IMG/VR virus record: IMGVR_UViG_3300044557_000292
Span: 128,001 to 192,000 of that record
Strand: one strand, 5' to 3'
DNA: 64,000 bases
From: a virus
Lineage: Duplodnaviria > Heunggongvirae > Uroviricota > Caudoviricetes
Part shown: positions 41,901-51,078 of the stretch, in pieces
Numbering within the stretch: the first letter of the stretch is position 1
How the letters are laid out: each line of letters begins with the position of its first letter
Position numbers and translations under genes: made by a program
Notes under the pieces: generated by a model
The model's database searches: none
What the model saw: the letters and a program-made list of their open reading frames with translations, nothing else
What the model was told of the DNA's origin: nothing

Positions 41901-43061
41901 AGCATTGCCGAGGCTCATTGAGGTACTCAGCCTAACATTGGTCATCACCTTGATGTGATCAAACTCTCCAGCGTATGACGTCCACTTCAGATTATAACCG
42001 AAGAGCTCCATGGCCGTGTACTTGTACCTGCGATCAGACGCGCTTGTTGGCACGCCGTCAGTAGGGAGGAGGTCACCAGCGTATCCGAGACCGAACGCTG
42101 TCTTAGCTGAGGTCTTGTCAGCGTTCTGTAATCCGGTGGCCGTGACGAGTGACGCTAGATCCTGAATCGCCTCTGTCCCAATGTTCGGGATATCACAGTT
42201 AGACGTGTTCAGGGTTGGGGTTCCAGTCTTCCCAGTGATCTGATCTGTGAGGCCCGTCTTGCACTCCATGTCACGCCATGCGTACATGTGGGCCGTACTG
42301 GGGGAAGAGTTCTTACTCTTCTCCGTTCTCTCGTCAGACGCCTTACCGATATCAGCGGGGCTGCCCTTCGAACCGCTGTACGGGGCGACCTTATTACCAT
42401 CGCCGCTATAATTCTGGAAGTCAGAGTTAATGTAATAACCCGGTTCAATGATCCTGTTCACAACCATTGACAAGATGTCTATCAGGGACGGGGTTGAATC
42501 CTGATACGTGTCACTCTGCTTTAACACCTTCTGTAGGAATCCACCAGGATTAGATTTTATGGTCCCACTCGTGTCGGCCGTGTTGTCATCCACGCACTTT
42601 CCAGCGGAATTAACCACGTAGTCTATGCTTGGGCATGAATTCCCATTAGCGTCTTTTGCAATAAGAGAATCATCGCCCGAACTGTTATTGAGCTTCGTGT
42701 CAAGCATAGAGTCAGTACAGCTTGCCGCCTTGCCATCAGCATCATCAGGTTTAGCGCTGCTCGTGCAGTCACCAGATAATGCAGCTGAGGCCTTGGAGGG
42801 TAGAACATCACTAATCGAATTGAGGGTAGATTTCGCATTCTTTGTAGTACTCAGCGACAATCCCGTGACGAATTTACCAAGACCTGAGTTTGACTCAGAC
42901 GATGACCCCACATCTTTCATTGATGACGCTACGTAACCGAATACGAGAGCCATTATGATAAGCACGGCCATTATGGATGAAGACCATTTCTTTATCCCGA
43001 TTGGTAGGGAGGTATGAGAGACGTCCACATTGGAGACATATCCGTTAGCCTGACGCCCCAT
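35949..43061 (-). CDS. Giant (2370 aa) VirB6/TrbL-like protein, paralog B, with long coiled-coil/low-complexity C-terminus
   Basis: CKVWETFVLTPWSYGQFG, HNWAIYQL, TM bundles, then about 1200 aa of helical and Ser/Thr-rich tail. Confidence 0.72.
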   Translation of the reverse strand: MGRQANGYVSNVDVSHTSLPIGIKKWSSSIMAVLIIMALVFGYVASSMKDVGSSSESNSGLGKFVTGLSLSTTKNAKSTLNSISDVLPSKASAALSGDCTSSAKPDDADGKAASCTDSMLDTKLNNSSGDDSLIAKDANGNSCPSIDYVVNSAGKCVDDNTADTSGTIKSNPGGFLQKVLKQSDTYQDSTPSLIDILSMVVNRIIEPGYYINSDFQNYSGDGNKVAPYSGSKGSPADIGKASDERTEKSKNSSPSTAHMYAWRDMECKTGLTDQITGKTGTPTLNTSNCDIPNIGTEAIQDLASLVTATGLQNADKTSAKTAFGLGYAGDLLPTDGVPTSASDRRYKYTAMELFGYNLKWTSYAGEFDHIKVMTNVRLSTSMSLGNALKVAGNALASFGTAIKDDAAHDWGEFTDRNNDWWTRTKGFFGFINPWKHLGAGFAAGGYSLFSDLLYSIEAGSTVAGSWYRPDFVSQTVYGVRELTSIEKTALTSFKAKAAMWSEIANHTLDKLDFAAYYSEHAIPDAPKTKLVRPDTCDDEDKEDKKNTDGTIVTDPDTSEPERQCKQVQKLETWAEYKNRTGIDDKANAIGLNISNYDGITGDANAKYQAISNDWNPAMKKAAANENQKIKENSYNNQIGSIINTAVKAIKLNLSLNSIGDWYCVDDQGNPKGHSQNYYIQMAVSQGIMSDPGLEAFKSDGTWQCSSTQPRPTIIGGLYGSSHKGNDNAYKDTRRQAYEGFNLFDLLIGNKMDEYGQRMLGASQNVVIFLNTLVGWSFEPILTKLGFTDLVKNGVNALRDSVYMQFIAIIVGLAGLMIIIKLVRGQPIAAFQQIGMVLLAVFLGSVLLFNTDLMFKAVDDLPTAVERAAIGTIFNGNDKDQICDATGAPKGTLGAGSFRNLDGTNTGYNPDAQIRVLQCKVWETFVLTPWSYGQFGVSANQLWATGYSTSEGQANSNEFNINQATQDVVGTADVNMGGGVTLHNWAIYQLAHTTSGTISTADKTSAKTVDKNMYRLVDLQAGPNNGAGRDASHWDTWRGATNTKFVIGLTALPAAILGLIAIGGLALKKIRYTVMVSLLLLASPFVFLIGAMPGSGWNKMKTYLFDIASNIIKRILSTVFLCIALVIMLEVADGPSTSWTVAVIGIYVVCLSIMFYADELMSNVMANIDSKAGDWKNKENAISNAISNNTFTSTMRQNAHDIFVGGTGAAIGLILAGNAGDENSRSKVRGRLNKQISGVNSLMKRDGDGHPVTGGDGIIKLDVKAVTAGNNINFKNGVGSATQDMVGKYNSLMALKGKLDGVNAEANSIRRQLRALRGVPGKEAERARLTRELAAINENKIIPINAAYQAKRKQYLVVQNAMLRKMRLQKTMNDADLTAQLNAARGAGGAAAGAALKSVVKNKMDLAKRERNRHDVYDKNGLTVQDISLASEASFRISRIMNRSRLSRLRNGQSNFLLELDHDMDTDLDNRVSQSQLELMAAVDKDNGFFGTDEYGKPITSLREAIGINDIDDNELRRIITSTANPMMLQADIDMAMQNGDWRQVRAEVGDILNNEQIIDHKINDWGYDPEDIEFMVNAQLAADDKDVSTATLRDENIAREKVMSNIESSSVNKIDEMKMDLATANVTDRFEAERRAALKEVLGPEYTQALAEEATPAGQRAIRSRMMELSSKYEQGMRDLKTQEEAIRTAYGDINAYAPGSDERKDYETAMRKIAEGKSSLQSQYVVDSHNVSKSKAMEASWRDTVTSKIDTYKKKHESGEMGDRDYENKINETIALSAAVKTAENQIITTKKAQQASGILDQTGREDLDIARNIENLKSERTTEAVNLSQLQSEATLLQDEIEIKTEPTDSMFTSVTTVHSEEVMKLKKELDDNISKQKEAQSQIEVIKKDIAYQMKLESDRKNDILNDTQRIVLPDGSIVDNVAKIKSLQNEAMEELRTTINGSDDSATRAIKNSNSSTAGFFNRMVNKTRGVEGARLATDGTGEFSVFNVNRISKDEVHEVAEAEEDYTAASEGKKRVHVPRRRPFSHDRTEWVDDSSRAEGLADDDDSSMNAKATAEGIDARRITAPAKASEMEDAVYKDRLGYWQKHADNPFKAEELARADSHKAYNDTLDRNHASNDGSRWTPEETVRDVQEQDEYNAARHDDAKQVDDFLDKGHAHSVLNRGRHDNENIGSVPPASPRPSAAPNRSAGSSSAPDESTRAHQGTRGSTTPGSTASTPASSSGSTNDNAGQSSHGSSQPADDGDNASTSSSSSSNTTRRGTRTTRSHAAGNPTERLDDYHETIKNHAAELRDTPPIGRKGGKISEERVSSSFSGKNNYVLESSDKNRNNTIINDETLKYAKKRKTWSEMAEERHQRRKRDSRRKS

Positions 43062-43263
43062 ACGGTTACCTCCAGAAATCCTAATCTAACATGTTGACAG
43101 TACATAAGATATCAACGAGATTCACTCTAGGGGAGGATCGCATCATGCATATGGTTGGAAACGTTCGCATGGTTAGACGATTAGAATAGTCTTTAAAGAC
43201 CATAAGATTCATTGCGTGGATATTAACCCTGAATCTCACATGATCAAATCGGGATGGGAAGAA

Positions 43264-43833
43264 TCATGACTCATTGACGGCGAACAGCACGCCAGTGCAC
43301 TTATCCGGTCTTGTGTGGCAGATCGGGCAGTCATACGATGAGTTGATACTATCCTCACGCCAGTATTCTGGTATGTATGCTATCTTCTTGAATCCAAGAT
43401 CGTACAGGAATCTTTCAGATCCAAGTATCGGTTCTGATGGCAGGCAGTCATCATTATCAACGCCAGACGCTTTGAGCACAAGCTCTATCCGGTTCACTCC
43501 GTGGAGGCTCATTCTCCGTAAGACGTTGAAGGTGAGCATTGACCCGTACCCGGATCCCCTATACGGGGATGACACGCAGACTGCATCAATAATGCCGATA
43601 GTATAGTCGAATTGTCGAGTGGATATGATCGCGTAGTGGAATAACGCGAAGCCAACCGGTATACCGTCAACGACCCTTAGGATAAGATAGAATTTCGGGT
43701 GGCCATCTTCCGTTTCATCAACCACTGAAGACCATATTGACCTCAGAGCGCCGCGGCCTATCGACTCGTCTGCTATGCGCTTAACGTCTCTTGGAACCCT
43801 ATCAAACGTGAGCTCCTTCGTCTTATTCTTCAT
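43264..43833 (-). CDS. GNAT-family acetyltransferase with C-terminal Cys cluster
   Basis: PVGFALF, VCVSSPYRGSGYG (motif A), FLYDLGF, CPICH...C. Confidence 0.85.
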   Translation of the reverse strand: MKNKTKELTFDRVPRDVKRIADESIGRGALRSIWSSVVDETEDGHPKFYLILRVVDGIPVGFALFHYAIISTRQFDYTIGIIDAVCVSSPYRGSGYGSMLTFNVLRRMSLHGVNRIELVLKASGVDNDDCLPSEPILGSERFLYDLGFKKIAYIPEYWREDSINSSYDCPICHTRPDKCTGVLFAVNES

Positions 43834-44150
43834 TTCTGATCTTCCTCATCTTCGCTAGGATAATGAGCCGGCCCATTCCTGAAATCATTGAGTAGACTAG
43901 TGTTGAAACTGGCCGTGATCGCGTTTACCGATCGATACCTCTTCATTGATTTCGTCTTCGGATCTAATGCAGTCCGCTCGGGAATGAATCTCCTCTTGAC
44001 CTTAAGAACATTGGGTATCTTGAACTCACCGGTGGCCACGATAGACTCCCTCATCACGTCTTCAAATGAGGACAAGACCAATCTTACCAGATCCCTAGGA
44101 AGTCCCGTGCGATTGGAAATATCCCGAGTGACGTCTTCATTCGATTGCAA
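43830..44150 (-). CDS. HU/IHF-family nucleoid-associated protein
   Basis: Helices, then FKIPNVLKVKRR...RTALDPKT arm motif. Confidence 0.8.
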   Translation of the reverse strand: MQSNEDVTRDISNRTGLPRDLVRLVLSSFEDVMRESIVATGEFKIPNVLKVKRRFIPERTALDPKTKSMKRYRSVNAITASFNTSLLNDFRNGPAHYPSEDEEDQK

Positions 44151-44171
44151 AGATCCTCCCTCATGGCTCGA

Positions 44172-44639
44172 TCACTTTGACAACTTAATGCTGTCAGCTA
44201 CTCCTCCTACAGAGTACATTAATGAGATATCAGCCCAACTCTTGATCTTATCCCTAATCATGTTCTTAAGCTCATCATATGAGTATGACTCCTCGTCCTC
44301 TTCGGTGGCCACGTGAAGACCAGTCTTATCTAGAACGAATCTCTGATTCTTGTCAAGCTCATCAAATCCTATCTGTTGTAACTGAACCACATCATTGGCA
44401 AGATCAATGCGAGCATTCCAATCGTAAGCCCCTCGACCCTTTGACTGGTTGACCCTAGAGCCCTGTATCTGGTCATACATGATCATCTCAATGTTCCGCT
44501 TGAGATCTTCCGGCATCTCCCAAGATGCTGGTATCCCCCACATTCTACGATAATGATCAATCTTTTCGTCAATGTCATTGGGGAGCAAATCTCCCCTCTT
44601 ATAATGGATGGTCATCCAGCGATTCTTCTTGCTAATCAT
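44172..44639 (-). CDS. Hypothetical protein (leaderless)
   Basis: Start reassigned to ATG 44639, 7 nt after GGTACCAT (44647-44654). Confidence 0.65.
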   Translation of the reverse strand: MISKKNRWMTIHYKRGDLLPNDIDEKIDHYRRMWGIPASWEMPEDLKRNIEMIMYDQIQGSRVNQSKGRGAYDWNARIDLANDVVQLQQIGFDELDKNQRFVLDKTGLHVATEEDEESYSYDELKNMIRDKIKSWADISLMYSVGGVADSIKLSK

Positions 44640-44668
44640 GATAATGATGGTACCGTCCTGTTCTTCTT

Positions 44669-46729
44669 CTACTTCCAATTCTTATTCCTAAAGAAATGGT
44701 TATTACTGCCATCAAGGACCTGGGTCTTCGTCAGCCACCTGGTTCCATATGAGTGGAAGTCAGCGCGGCCGTTATCATTGCCCTCGGAGATATAGATCTT
44801 CCATCCACTCGGATCAGACGCTACCTTCTCCACCACGGCAACGTGGGTAGTCCATGCGAACGGGCGATCAGTCCCAGATATGCCGTCACCTGGATGCGGG
44901 GTACGGTCAACCTCCCAGTTGGGGTTACCGCTAAGATTAGCCCAAATATCACCACCATTGCCTAGCACTGTCGTCCACCCGCTCGTACCGTGAATCATTC
45001 CGAGGCGATTCCACGCGTACCATACGCACTGGTATCCGTATTCAAGATGGGGGTAGATGCCAGTACCGGCATCACCAGACTTGCAGACCTTGATGGCGCT
45101 GCACATCCAATCGAAATCACATCCACCCTTATCACACGCTAGAGCGCCATTGACAGATCCATTCCGGCTATCATTTCCATTACTCTCCTTGTCGCATTTC
45201 GTAGTGTTCACCTGCGCGTCAGTACTATCGCTAGATGAGCCTGATGATCCAGCACCCCCAAACTTGGATGAATCAAACTGGACGTTAGAGCCTCCGAACA
45301 GGTCATAGGCCTTCTGCGCCGCTTCAACACGCGGCTGTGCTGCCGAGTCTGATTGGTCTGCCGGTCTCTCATATTTCCTCATCCAGTACTTGGCCGCCGC
45401 CGCAACATCATCAAGCTTAGCAAATGCGTCTGCGGACCAGGACTTCACCTCCATATCCCAGACAGCATCACCCTCATTGGTAACAGATGGGGACTTGTAC
45501 CCAGACCAATTCTTGTATTTTGATCCAGGAGTGAACTGGTAAAGACCGTACCCTCCGCTACCAGCAGCTGATGGATCGTTGGAATTGCCACCACCCTGAA
45601 TGATCGTTGGATTGAATCCACTCTCAGCGTGAACGTTACCCATGATTCCAGCGACGGCAGCGCCAGAGAATCCCTTGGCCACCCAGTAATCCCACACGTT
45701 CTTAGCGTTATTGTAACTATTAGAACCTGGCTTCATCCATGATTCTGATGACCCTGACGATGATGAAGCCCCACCATCATTAGCAATATCCTTCGATTGC
45801 TGATCTATATGGGAACAGTCAAGATCAGATGGACCGAACGTCTGTATTGACGTGAAGATGATGAGTATTGACATGATGACGCCAAGAACAACAAGGTTCA
45901 CCCATAATCCTGGAGGGAAGAACACGAGCTTGATGAACCTGATCGTGTGCCCGATCAGCTGTTTCGTCTTGAGGGCAAGCGTCTTCGCCGCGTCGATCGT
46001 CTTGGCAGCCAATCTGGTTGCACCGTTGAGGACATGATCAGCAATGTTGTAAGCACCATTCCTTGCCGCGTTGGTAAGACCTACCGCTGCTTTGTTCGCT
46101 AGTCCCCTGATCCCACGAGGAGACGGGCCTCGTCCACCATTAGGACCTAGCGTCGGGGTTCCCTCGTTATCTCCGGATTCACCACCGCTTAAGGCTCTTG
46201 TTGATGGCGCGCCGCCCGAGCTAAGCGCTGCTGGACGATTTGTGGGCTGCGTGGTGCTGTTACTGTTCTTGTTATCAGGTGACGCGCTAAGAGTAGGGGA
46301 TCCCTGTCGATTTGTTCCAGATGGTTTAACGTTGTGTTGCCGAGCTTCCTGGCTCTTACCGTTATCAGAATGATTCAATCCTGTGGATCCAGGCTTGTTA
46401 ACCGGTAGTTTAGCTTGGCTAGCTCTGATTTTATCTAGTTGTTGCTGTCTAATCTTCTCATCGTAAGCATGGCTCGCCTCACGACTAGGATCACCTGGGG
46501 TCTTCCGCTTGGGAGTATTGCCAGTGCTCACAGTAGGAGTATTGCTAGTGCCAGCAGTGCCCTTGCTCTTTGATACCGGAGAATCATTCTTGCTAACAGG
46601 GGCTTCACCCCGACTAGCCCTTATCTTATCTAATTGCTGCTGTCTAATCTTCTCGTCAGACGATGGGTCGTTGGCCTCACGCATAATGTCCGCAAGGGTC
46701 TTCTGCTTAGGCGTGTTATTCTCGGCCAT
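44669..46729 (-). CDS. Conjugative peptidoglycan hydrolase: phage-tail lysozyme + CHAP (VirB1/TcpG-like)
   Basis: AGIMGNVHAESG...GYGLYQFT...YERP; YQCVWYAWNR, GNGG, HVAVVE, ISEGN; TM upstream; DEKIRQQQLDKIRAS twice in the N-terminus. Confidence 0.88.
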   Translation of the reverse strand: MAENNTPKQKTLADIMREANDPSSDEKIRQQQLDKIRASRGEAPVSKNDSPVSKSKGTAGTSNTPTVSTGNTPKRKTPGDPSREASHAYDEKIRQQQLDKIRASQAKLPVNKPGSTGLNHSDNGKSQEARQHNVKPSGTNRQGSPTLSASPDNKNSNSTTQPTNRPAALSSGGAPSTRALSGGESGDNEGTPTLGPNGGRGPSPRGIRGLANKAAVGLTNAARNGAYNIADHVLNGATRLAAKTIDAAKTLALKTKQLIGHTIRFIKLVFFPPGLWVNLVVLGVIMSILIIFTSIQTFGPSDLDCSHIDQQSKDIANDGGASSSSGSSESWMKPGSNSYNNAKNVWDYWVAKGFSGAAVAGIMGNVHAESGFNPTIIQGGGNSNDPSAAGSGGYGLYQFTPGSKYKNWSGYKSPSVTNEGDAVWDMEVKSWSADAFAKLDDVAAAAKYWMRKYERPADQSDSAAQPRVEAAQKAYDLFGGSNVQFDSSKFGGAGSSGSSSDSTDAQVNTTKCDKESNGNDSRNGSVNGALACDKGGCDFDWMCSAIKVCKSGDAGTGIYPHLEYGYQCVWYAWNRLGMIHGTSGWTTVLGNGGDIWANLSGNPNWEVDRTPHPGDGISGTDRPFAWTTHVAVVEKVASDPSGWKIYISEGNDNGRADFHSYGTRWLTKTQVLDGSNNHFFRNKNWK

Positions 46730-46730
46730 A

Positions 46731-47399
46731 TCAGATGACCTCCAGGAGCGACCCGGCCCTCTCAGCGAAATCAGCGAGAGTCATCTGATTAGGCCACCTG
46801 TCGATCATTGCTGCTAGTACTGGGCTCTCGGGCTTCTTCTCAATGAAGATCACGTCAGACTTTGACCTCATGATCGTTGACATCATCTGCTCCCCCTCCA
46901 TGGAGAACCAGGCGAAGCTGAATCCAACAGACGCCTTGCCAAGATTCCTCGTAACAGTCTTAGCAAGCTCCATGAACGTGGTTGAGGGCCTGTAGTCAGA
47001 TGGGGCAGCGCACACATACCATTCTGTTCTCGTCTTCCACATGATCACCCAGGTGGTCTTACCGTGAATCCAATAGAACTGGATGTGGTTCTTCCCCACT
47101 ATGGCCTTGATCGTCGTGATGAACGTCATCTCGTCGAGCGAGATGACGAGATTTGATATGGTCGGGACCGCATCCATAAGTTCCGGATACCCGTCGTCCC
47201 CTATATCAAAAGCACCGGATCCTATGAGAGCGTTGTAGCCAGTAACAGCCTGCTCGTCGATCTTATCCGGGTCAAGACCTAGAACATTCAGAGGATACTC
47301 TTTACCATTCACCAGGGTATAGTTCATGCAAGCATCGAACTCTGGAACCGTCATGGACACGACGTCCACCCCGCAGTTCAACCTTTTCACAACCTGCAT
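46731..47399 (-). CDS. Hypothetical protein
   Basis: 222-aa ORF with GGAGG RBS; TGATATCTT at 47435. Confidence 0.7.
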   Translation of the reverse strand: MQVVKRLNCGVDVVSMTVPEFDACMNYTLVNGKEYPLNVLGLDPDKIDEQAVTGYNALIGSGAFDIGDDGYPELMDAVPTISNLVISLDEMTFITTIKAIVGKNHIQFYWIHGKTTWVIMWKTRTEWYVCAAPSDYRPSTTFMELAKTVTRNLGKASVGFSFAWFSMEGEQMMSTIMRSKSDVIFIEKKPESPVLAAMIDRWPNQMTLADFAERAGSLLEVI

Positions 47400-47459
47400 G
47401 TGATTATTCCTCCATGTATAGCGTTACCAGATTCAAGATATCAATTAGACTATGATCCG

Positions 47460-50400
47460 TTATTCAATAGTTGGCGCGTTCCTCCCCCTATTGAATACAC
47501 GATGATGCTGTCCCCTGAACCTGTTCATCTGGTCAATAAGAATCTCCTCGTCATAATTGCCATGATCATCCATTATAGAATCGGCCATATCATTCAGATC
47601 ATTCGTCTTACGAGCCCTTCCAGCGTGAACAGATCCAGAGTCCCTCCTCCTGTTCATCCTGTCAGCATTCTTCTCGGCTATCTGAACCTGCCTGTCAAGG
47701 GTCTGTACGGCGTCAATCTCCCTATTCATGGATAGACTATTATCGCGTTCTGTATTAGCGTCCATAATCTTCTGGCTCGTGTCAGTAATCTCATTATTCA
47801 GATCAGCGACCGTGTTCACTCCATTAACGCTTTTACCACCAGCGTTCTTATGAATGAACTCATTATCACTCTTGTTGATGGCCAACGATACAGAGTTGGT
47901 GGCGAGCCTACTCTGGGCCTCGGATACAGCTTGCTGTTGCTCATCATTAAGATTCCTTCCAGCGTAGGCATTGACGAGTTCCATATCGTTGCGGTAACTG
48001 TCAAGATCATGGGCGAATTCAGCCGAGTTGGTGACTCCGAGCTGTTCGGCAACATTGTGGGCAGGCGCGTAAATGCCACCTTCCTTGGTCTTCGTGGTCG
48101 CTATGGTCTCAAGGCTCTTGTGGTGATTATCAGCAAGCTCCTTAAGCTCATTCAAATGTTCGAGATGAACCTCGGTGTTGGTTCTATTGCTTTGGACTTT
48201 AACCGCCTGAGGTTGTCCATTCGCGTCAAGTTGAAGCGTTCCATCAGCATTACGCTTCATTACCGGGACTCCATTCTCAACCTTAGTAACCATTTCGTAC
48301 CCGCCAAGATCCTTGACCCTCTTTGCCTCAATGTCCTTAGCGTCGCGCTTGGCCGCGGTGAGATTGTTAGTGTATTTCTTTCTTACCTTCTGTTCCTGAG
48401 CTTGCCTCTCGGCAGCGGTGGCGCCCTTGTGACTCTTATCCCACTCCTTCATATCCCTATCCGTGGCAATGTTAATGTTCCTATTCCTAATGGCGTCACT
48501 GGTCTTACGAAGCTTGGTCGCGGCGTGATCGGCCTTGCGTCGGGTCTCCTTTCTACGATCCCCCATGATCTTATCGTAAGATTTAGCAGCGTTCGCCACG
48601 ACACCATTACCACGCTTGAGCTGCCGCATGGCTGTAGCCCCGGCCTGATTACTACCAGACCTGGTCCTCTGCACGAAGTTGTGTCCAAGAGTCTTAATCT
48701 TGCCACCAGCGCCCTTACCCTTATAGGATTCCATGTTGTCGCCGCCGGCAACGAATCCGGCCGCGCGGCCAGCTTCCTTAAGAGCCATGAATCTTCCGGC
48801 GCCCTTCATCTTATCCGTAGTCCACTTGCCTATCTTATTGGAAAACTCGGTTCCTCCGAAGTTAGCCTTACCGATCATCCCAAGGAATTCCTTACGATAC
48901 ATGAACATGGCCATCGTGACGATGATCACGAAGATCAGCGTTCCCCCTAGGCCCTGCGAATTGGAAAGAACCGCGTCATAGAGTTCAACCGTAACCATCA
49001 TCCATAGGACGCAGGCAAAGTACTTTAGGATTGCCGACACGACCTTCTGTAGGTATCCTAGGAATATCTTCTTCCCCTGTCCTGGTATGATTCCTATGAG
49101 GAAGAACAACGGCGCGAACGCTGTCAGCAGTACGCTCACGAAGAGGTACATGATGGCCAATACGGACGTGGTCACTAGGGTGAGTGCTCCTCCACCGGAC
49201 GCAATGAGGGCAATGAAGCCAATGCCGATCCTACTGAAAGCGTTGTCACCAGTCCAATTCCTCCACATCGCGCTGATGTCACCAGTGCCCTTGCCGGCAG
49301 ACGCATTCGTCGAGTTCATGGTGAGGACCATCCAGTACCAATCGCCATACGTCTGACTGTCCGCACCGTAGTTGACCATCCTCGTGGAGTGGTACTTGGT
49401 GTCCACAGATCCATTGCAAGTATGCAATGTAGACTGCAAGCTTAATTGGTACAAGGCAAGATTCTTGTACAAGTACTTTGAAGACTCATTCTTGCAGGTG
49501 TTCATCGCATTAGAGTCAGATGAGTACAGTGAGATGCCTATATTATTCCTAGTATCACCCCACACCTTCTCCAAGGCGCCCTTCGTGTACTCGTTCTGGA
49601 ATATAACCCCAGTTTTACCATCCTGATTATAATAGAGGGCATCATAACCGTATCCGAATTGTCCAACAGACCACGGCTCGAGGACGAACGCCTTCCAAAT
49701 CTTGCATGTTGACTGTCTCGCTATAAGATTCAAAGCTCTTGACACGTCTGGAGTGGCTGAATCGTCAACGAAGCACTCGGTCCCCGCGCTAGGAGCGGCG
49801 TTGGGGTCCGATGAGCTTGAATCCATACAGTTCACCCCGTTGATGCCCTGGACTACGCATCCACCCAGGGTGGTACCAATCCTCATTGGGGCTTCTGCCA
49901 CGAGAAGAGGATTATTGAGGAATATGACTCCAGCCGCGAAGATGATGAATGCTGAGAAGAGACCCCCAAGAGCTGCGGTTAGCTTTCTCTTGGCTAATCC
50001 AGTCCAAGCTATCCATATACCAACTCCCATCCATACAAGCACGATAAGACCCTGGTAAAGACCCGAGTACAAGCGTCCAATGATTCCACCGTCATCACCG
50101 GCCACACCGGTTCCACCTATGACGGCGAGCAGGTTAATGCATGACGCACCAGCTGTGTTCTGCGCGTCCTGGCAGATGAAATCAGGATCAACCGCCTTGG
50201 ACACGAAGAACGCGCTAATATTAGCTATCCCGTTGGCAAGACCAAGCAGAGTCCCCCCTAGCATGGTTAAGACCGATGAACCAACGCACTTAACGGCAGA
50301 CCTGCTCTTATCAGAATTATCAACAATTGATGACGTTTGATCTGAGTCATAATAACCAGATGGAAGATTGAAGATGTTACCCTTATCGACTGGAATCTTA

Positions 50401-50759
50401 TCCGGTCGAGGAGTGCCATTATACGTTGTCCAGTTCAGTGACGGCGCGTAGAGATCCATGATAGACATCTTCGCAGTGCCATCAGTCTTCTGGCTGGAGT
50501 TCAGGACACCACCATCGAATGTCTTCGCCCTCGTGTTAAGGCCTATCCCTCCCGTGAAACCACAGAAGAAGTTATCAATGGGACCAGCTGCCTTAGCGAC
50601 CTGAGATGACGCGGCCAACGCTCCCATCGAGAAGAAGGAAATCACGATGAGGAGGATGATGGTCGTCATTTTCTTCATCAATGAAAGATGGTTAGTCCTC
50701 ATTGCATGATTGACATGATCAACATAATACGATCCTGGCATCCAATCACGCTCCACCAT
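47460..50759 (-). CDS. VirB6/TrbL-like protein, paralog C
   Basis: CKIWKAFVLEPWSVGQFG, KNLALYQL, WRNWTGDNAFSRIG, TM bundles, helical tail. Confidence 0.72.
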   Translation of the reverse strand: MVERDWMPGSYYVDHVNHAMRTNHLSLMKKMTTIILLIVISFFSMGALAASSQVAKAAGPIDNFFCGFTGGIGLNTRAKTFDGGVLNSSQKTDGTAKMSIMDLYAPSLNWTTYNGTPRPDKIPVDKGNIFNLPSGYYDSDQTSSIVDNSDKSRSAVKCVGSSVLTMLGGTLLGLANGIANISAFFVSKAVDPDFICQDAQNTAGASCINLLAVIGGTGVAGDDGGIIGRLYSGLYQGLIVLVWMGVGIWIAWTGLAKRKLTAALGGLFSAFIIFAAGVIFLNNPLLVAEAPMRIGTTLGGCVVQGINGVNCMDSSSSDPNAAPSAGTECFVDDSATPDVSRALNLIARQSTCKIWKAFVLEPWSVGQFGYGYDALYYNQDGKTGVIFQNEYTKGALEKVWGDTRNNIGISLYSSDSNAMNTCKNESSKYLYKNLALYQLSLQSTLHTCNGSVDTKYHSTRMVNYGADSQTYGDWYWMVLTMNSTNASAGKGTGDISAMWRNWTGDNAFSRIGIGFIALIASGGGALTLVTTSVLAIMYLFVSVLLTAFAPLFFLIGIIPGQGKKIFLGYLQKVVSAILKYFACVLWMMVTVELYDAVLSNSQGLGGTLIFVIIVTMAMFMYRKEFLGMIGKANFGGTEFSNKIGKWTTDKMKGAGRFMALKEAGRAAGFVAGGDNMESYKGKGAGGKIKTLGHNFVQRTRSGSNQAGATAMRQLKRGNGVVANAAKSYDKIMGDRRKETRRKADHAATKLRKTSDAIRNRNINIATDRDMKEWDKSHKGATAAERQAQEQKVRKKYTNNLTAAKRDAKDIEAKRVKDLGGYEMVTKVENGVPVMKRNADGTLQLDANGQPQAVKVQSNRTNTEVHLEHLNELKELADNHHKSLETIATTKTKEGGIYAPAHNVAEQLGVTNSAEFAHDLDSYRNDMELVNAYAGRNLNDEQQQAVSEAQSRLATNSVSLAINKSDNEFIHKNAGGKSVNGVNTVADLNNEITDTSQKIMDANTERDNSLSMNREIDAVQTLDRQVQIAEKNADRMNRRRDSGSVHAGRARKTNDLNDMADSIMDDHGNYDEEILIDQMNRFRGQHHRVFNRGRNAPTIE

Positions 50760-51028
50760 TGTCTATCAGTTCTCAAATAAATCTGAGAAGTATGCTCATT
50801 CATTCAACAGGTATAAGATATCAACGGTATTCCCTTAAAGGCTAGAACTAGATAGTGGGGACGCCTTGATTCCATGCGTGATCTTGATGCAATTATTGAA
50901 GACAAATTGTCTATGGAATATAAGCATTGTGAGGCCAGACGTTTATCGTAACGCTCCTAAAGATTCGTCAATAAGGATTCCCATTCCTTTGACGGCCACG
51001 TCTACATTGACATGCCTGGGATACGCCA

Positions 51029-51078
51029 GAATCCCCACGATCGGACAATACCACATCATTGTCCGATCGTGGGGATTC
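51029..51078. terminator. 21-bp perfect inverted repeat downstream of phoH
   Basis: GAATCCCCACGATCGGACAAT / ATTGTCCGATCGTGGGGATTC with an 8-nt loop. Confidence 0.6.

Noticed and set aside
35949-43061. 2370-aa protein as a phage tape measure protein
   Set aside because: It shares specific motifs and TM layout with the two neighbouring VirB6-like paralogs, and no tail genes are nearby
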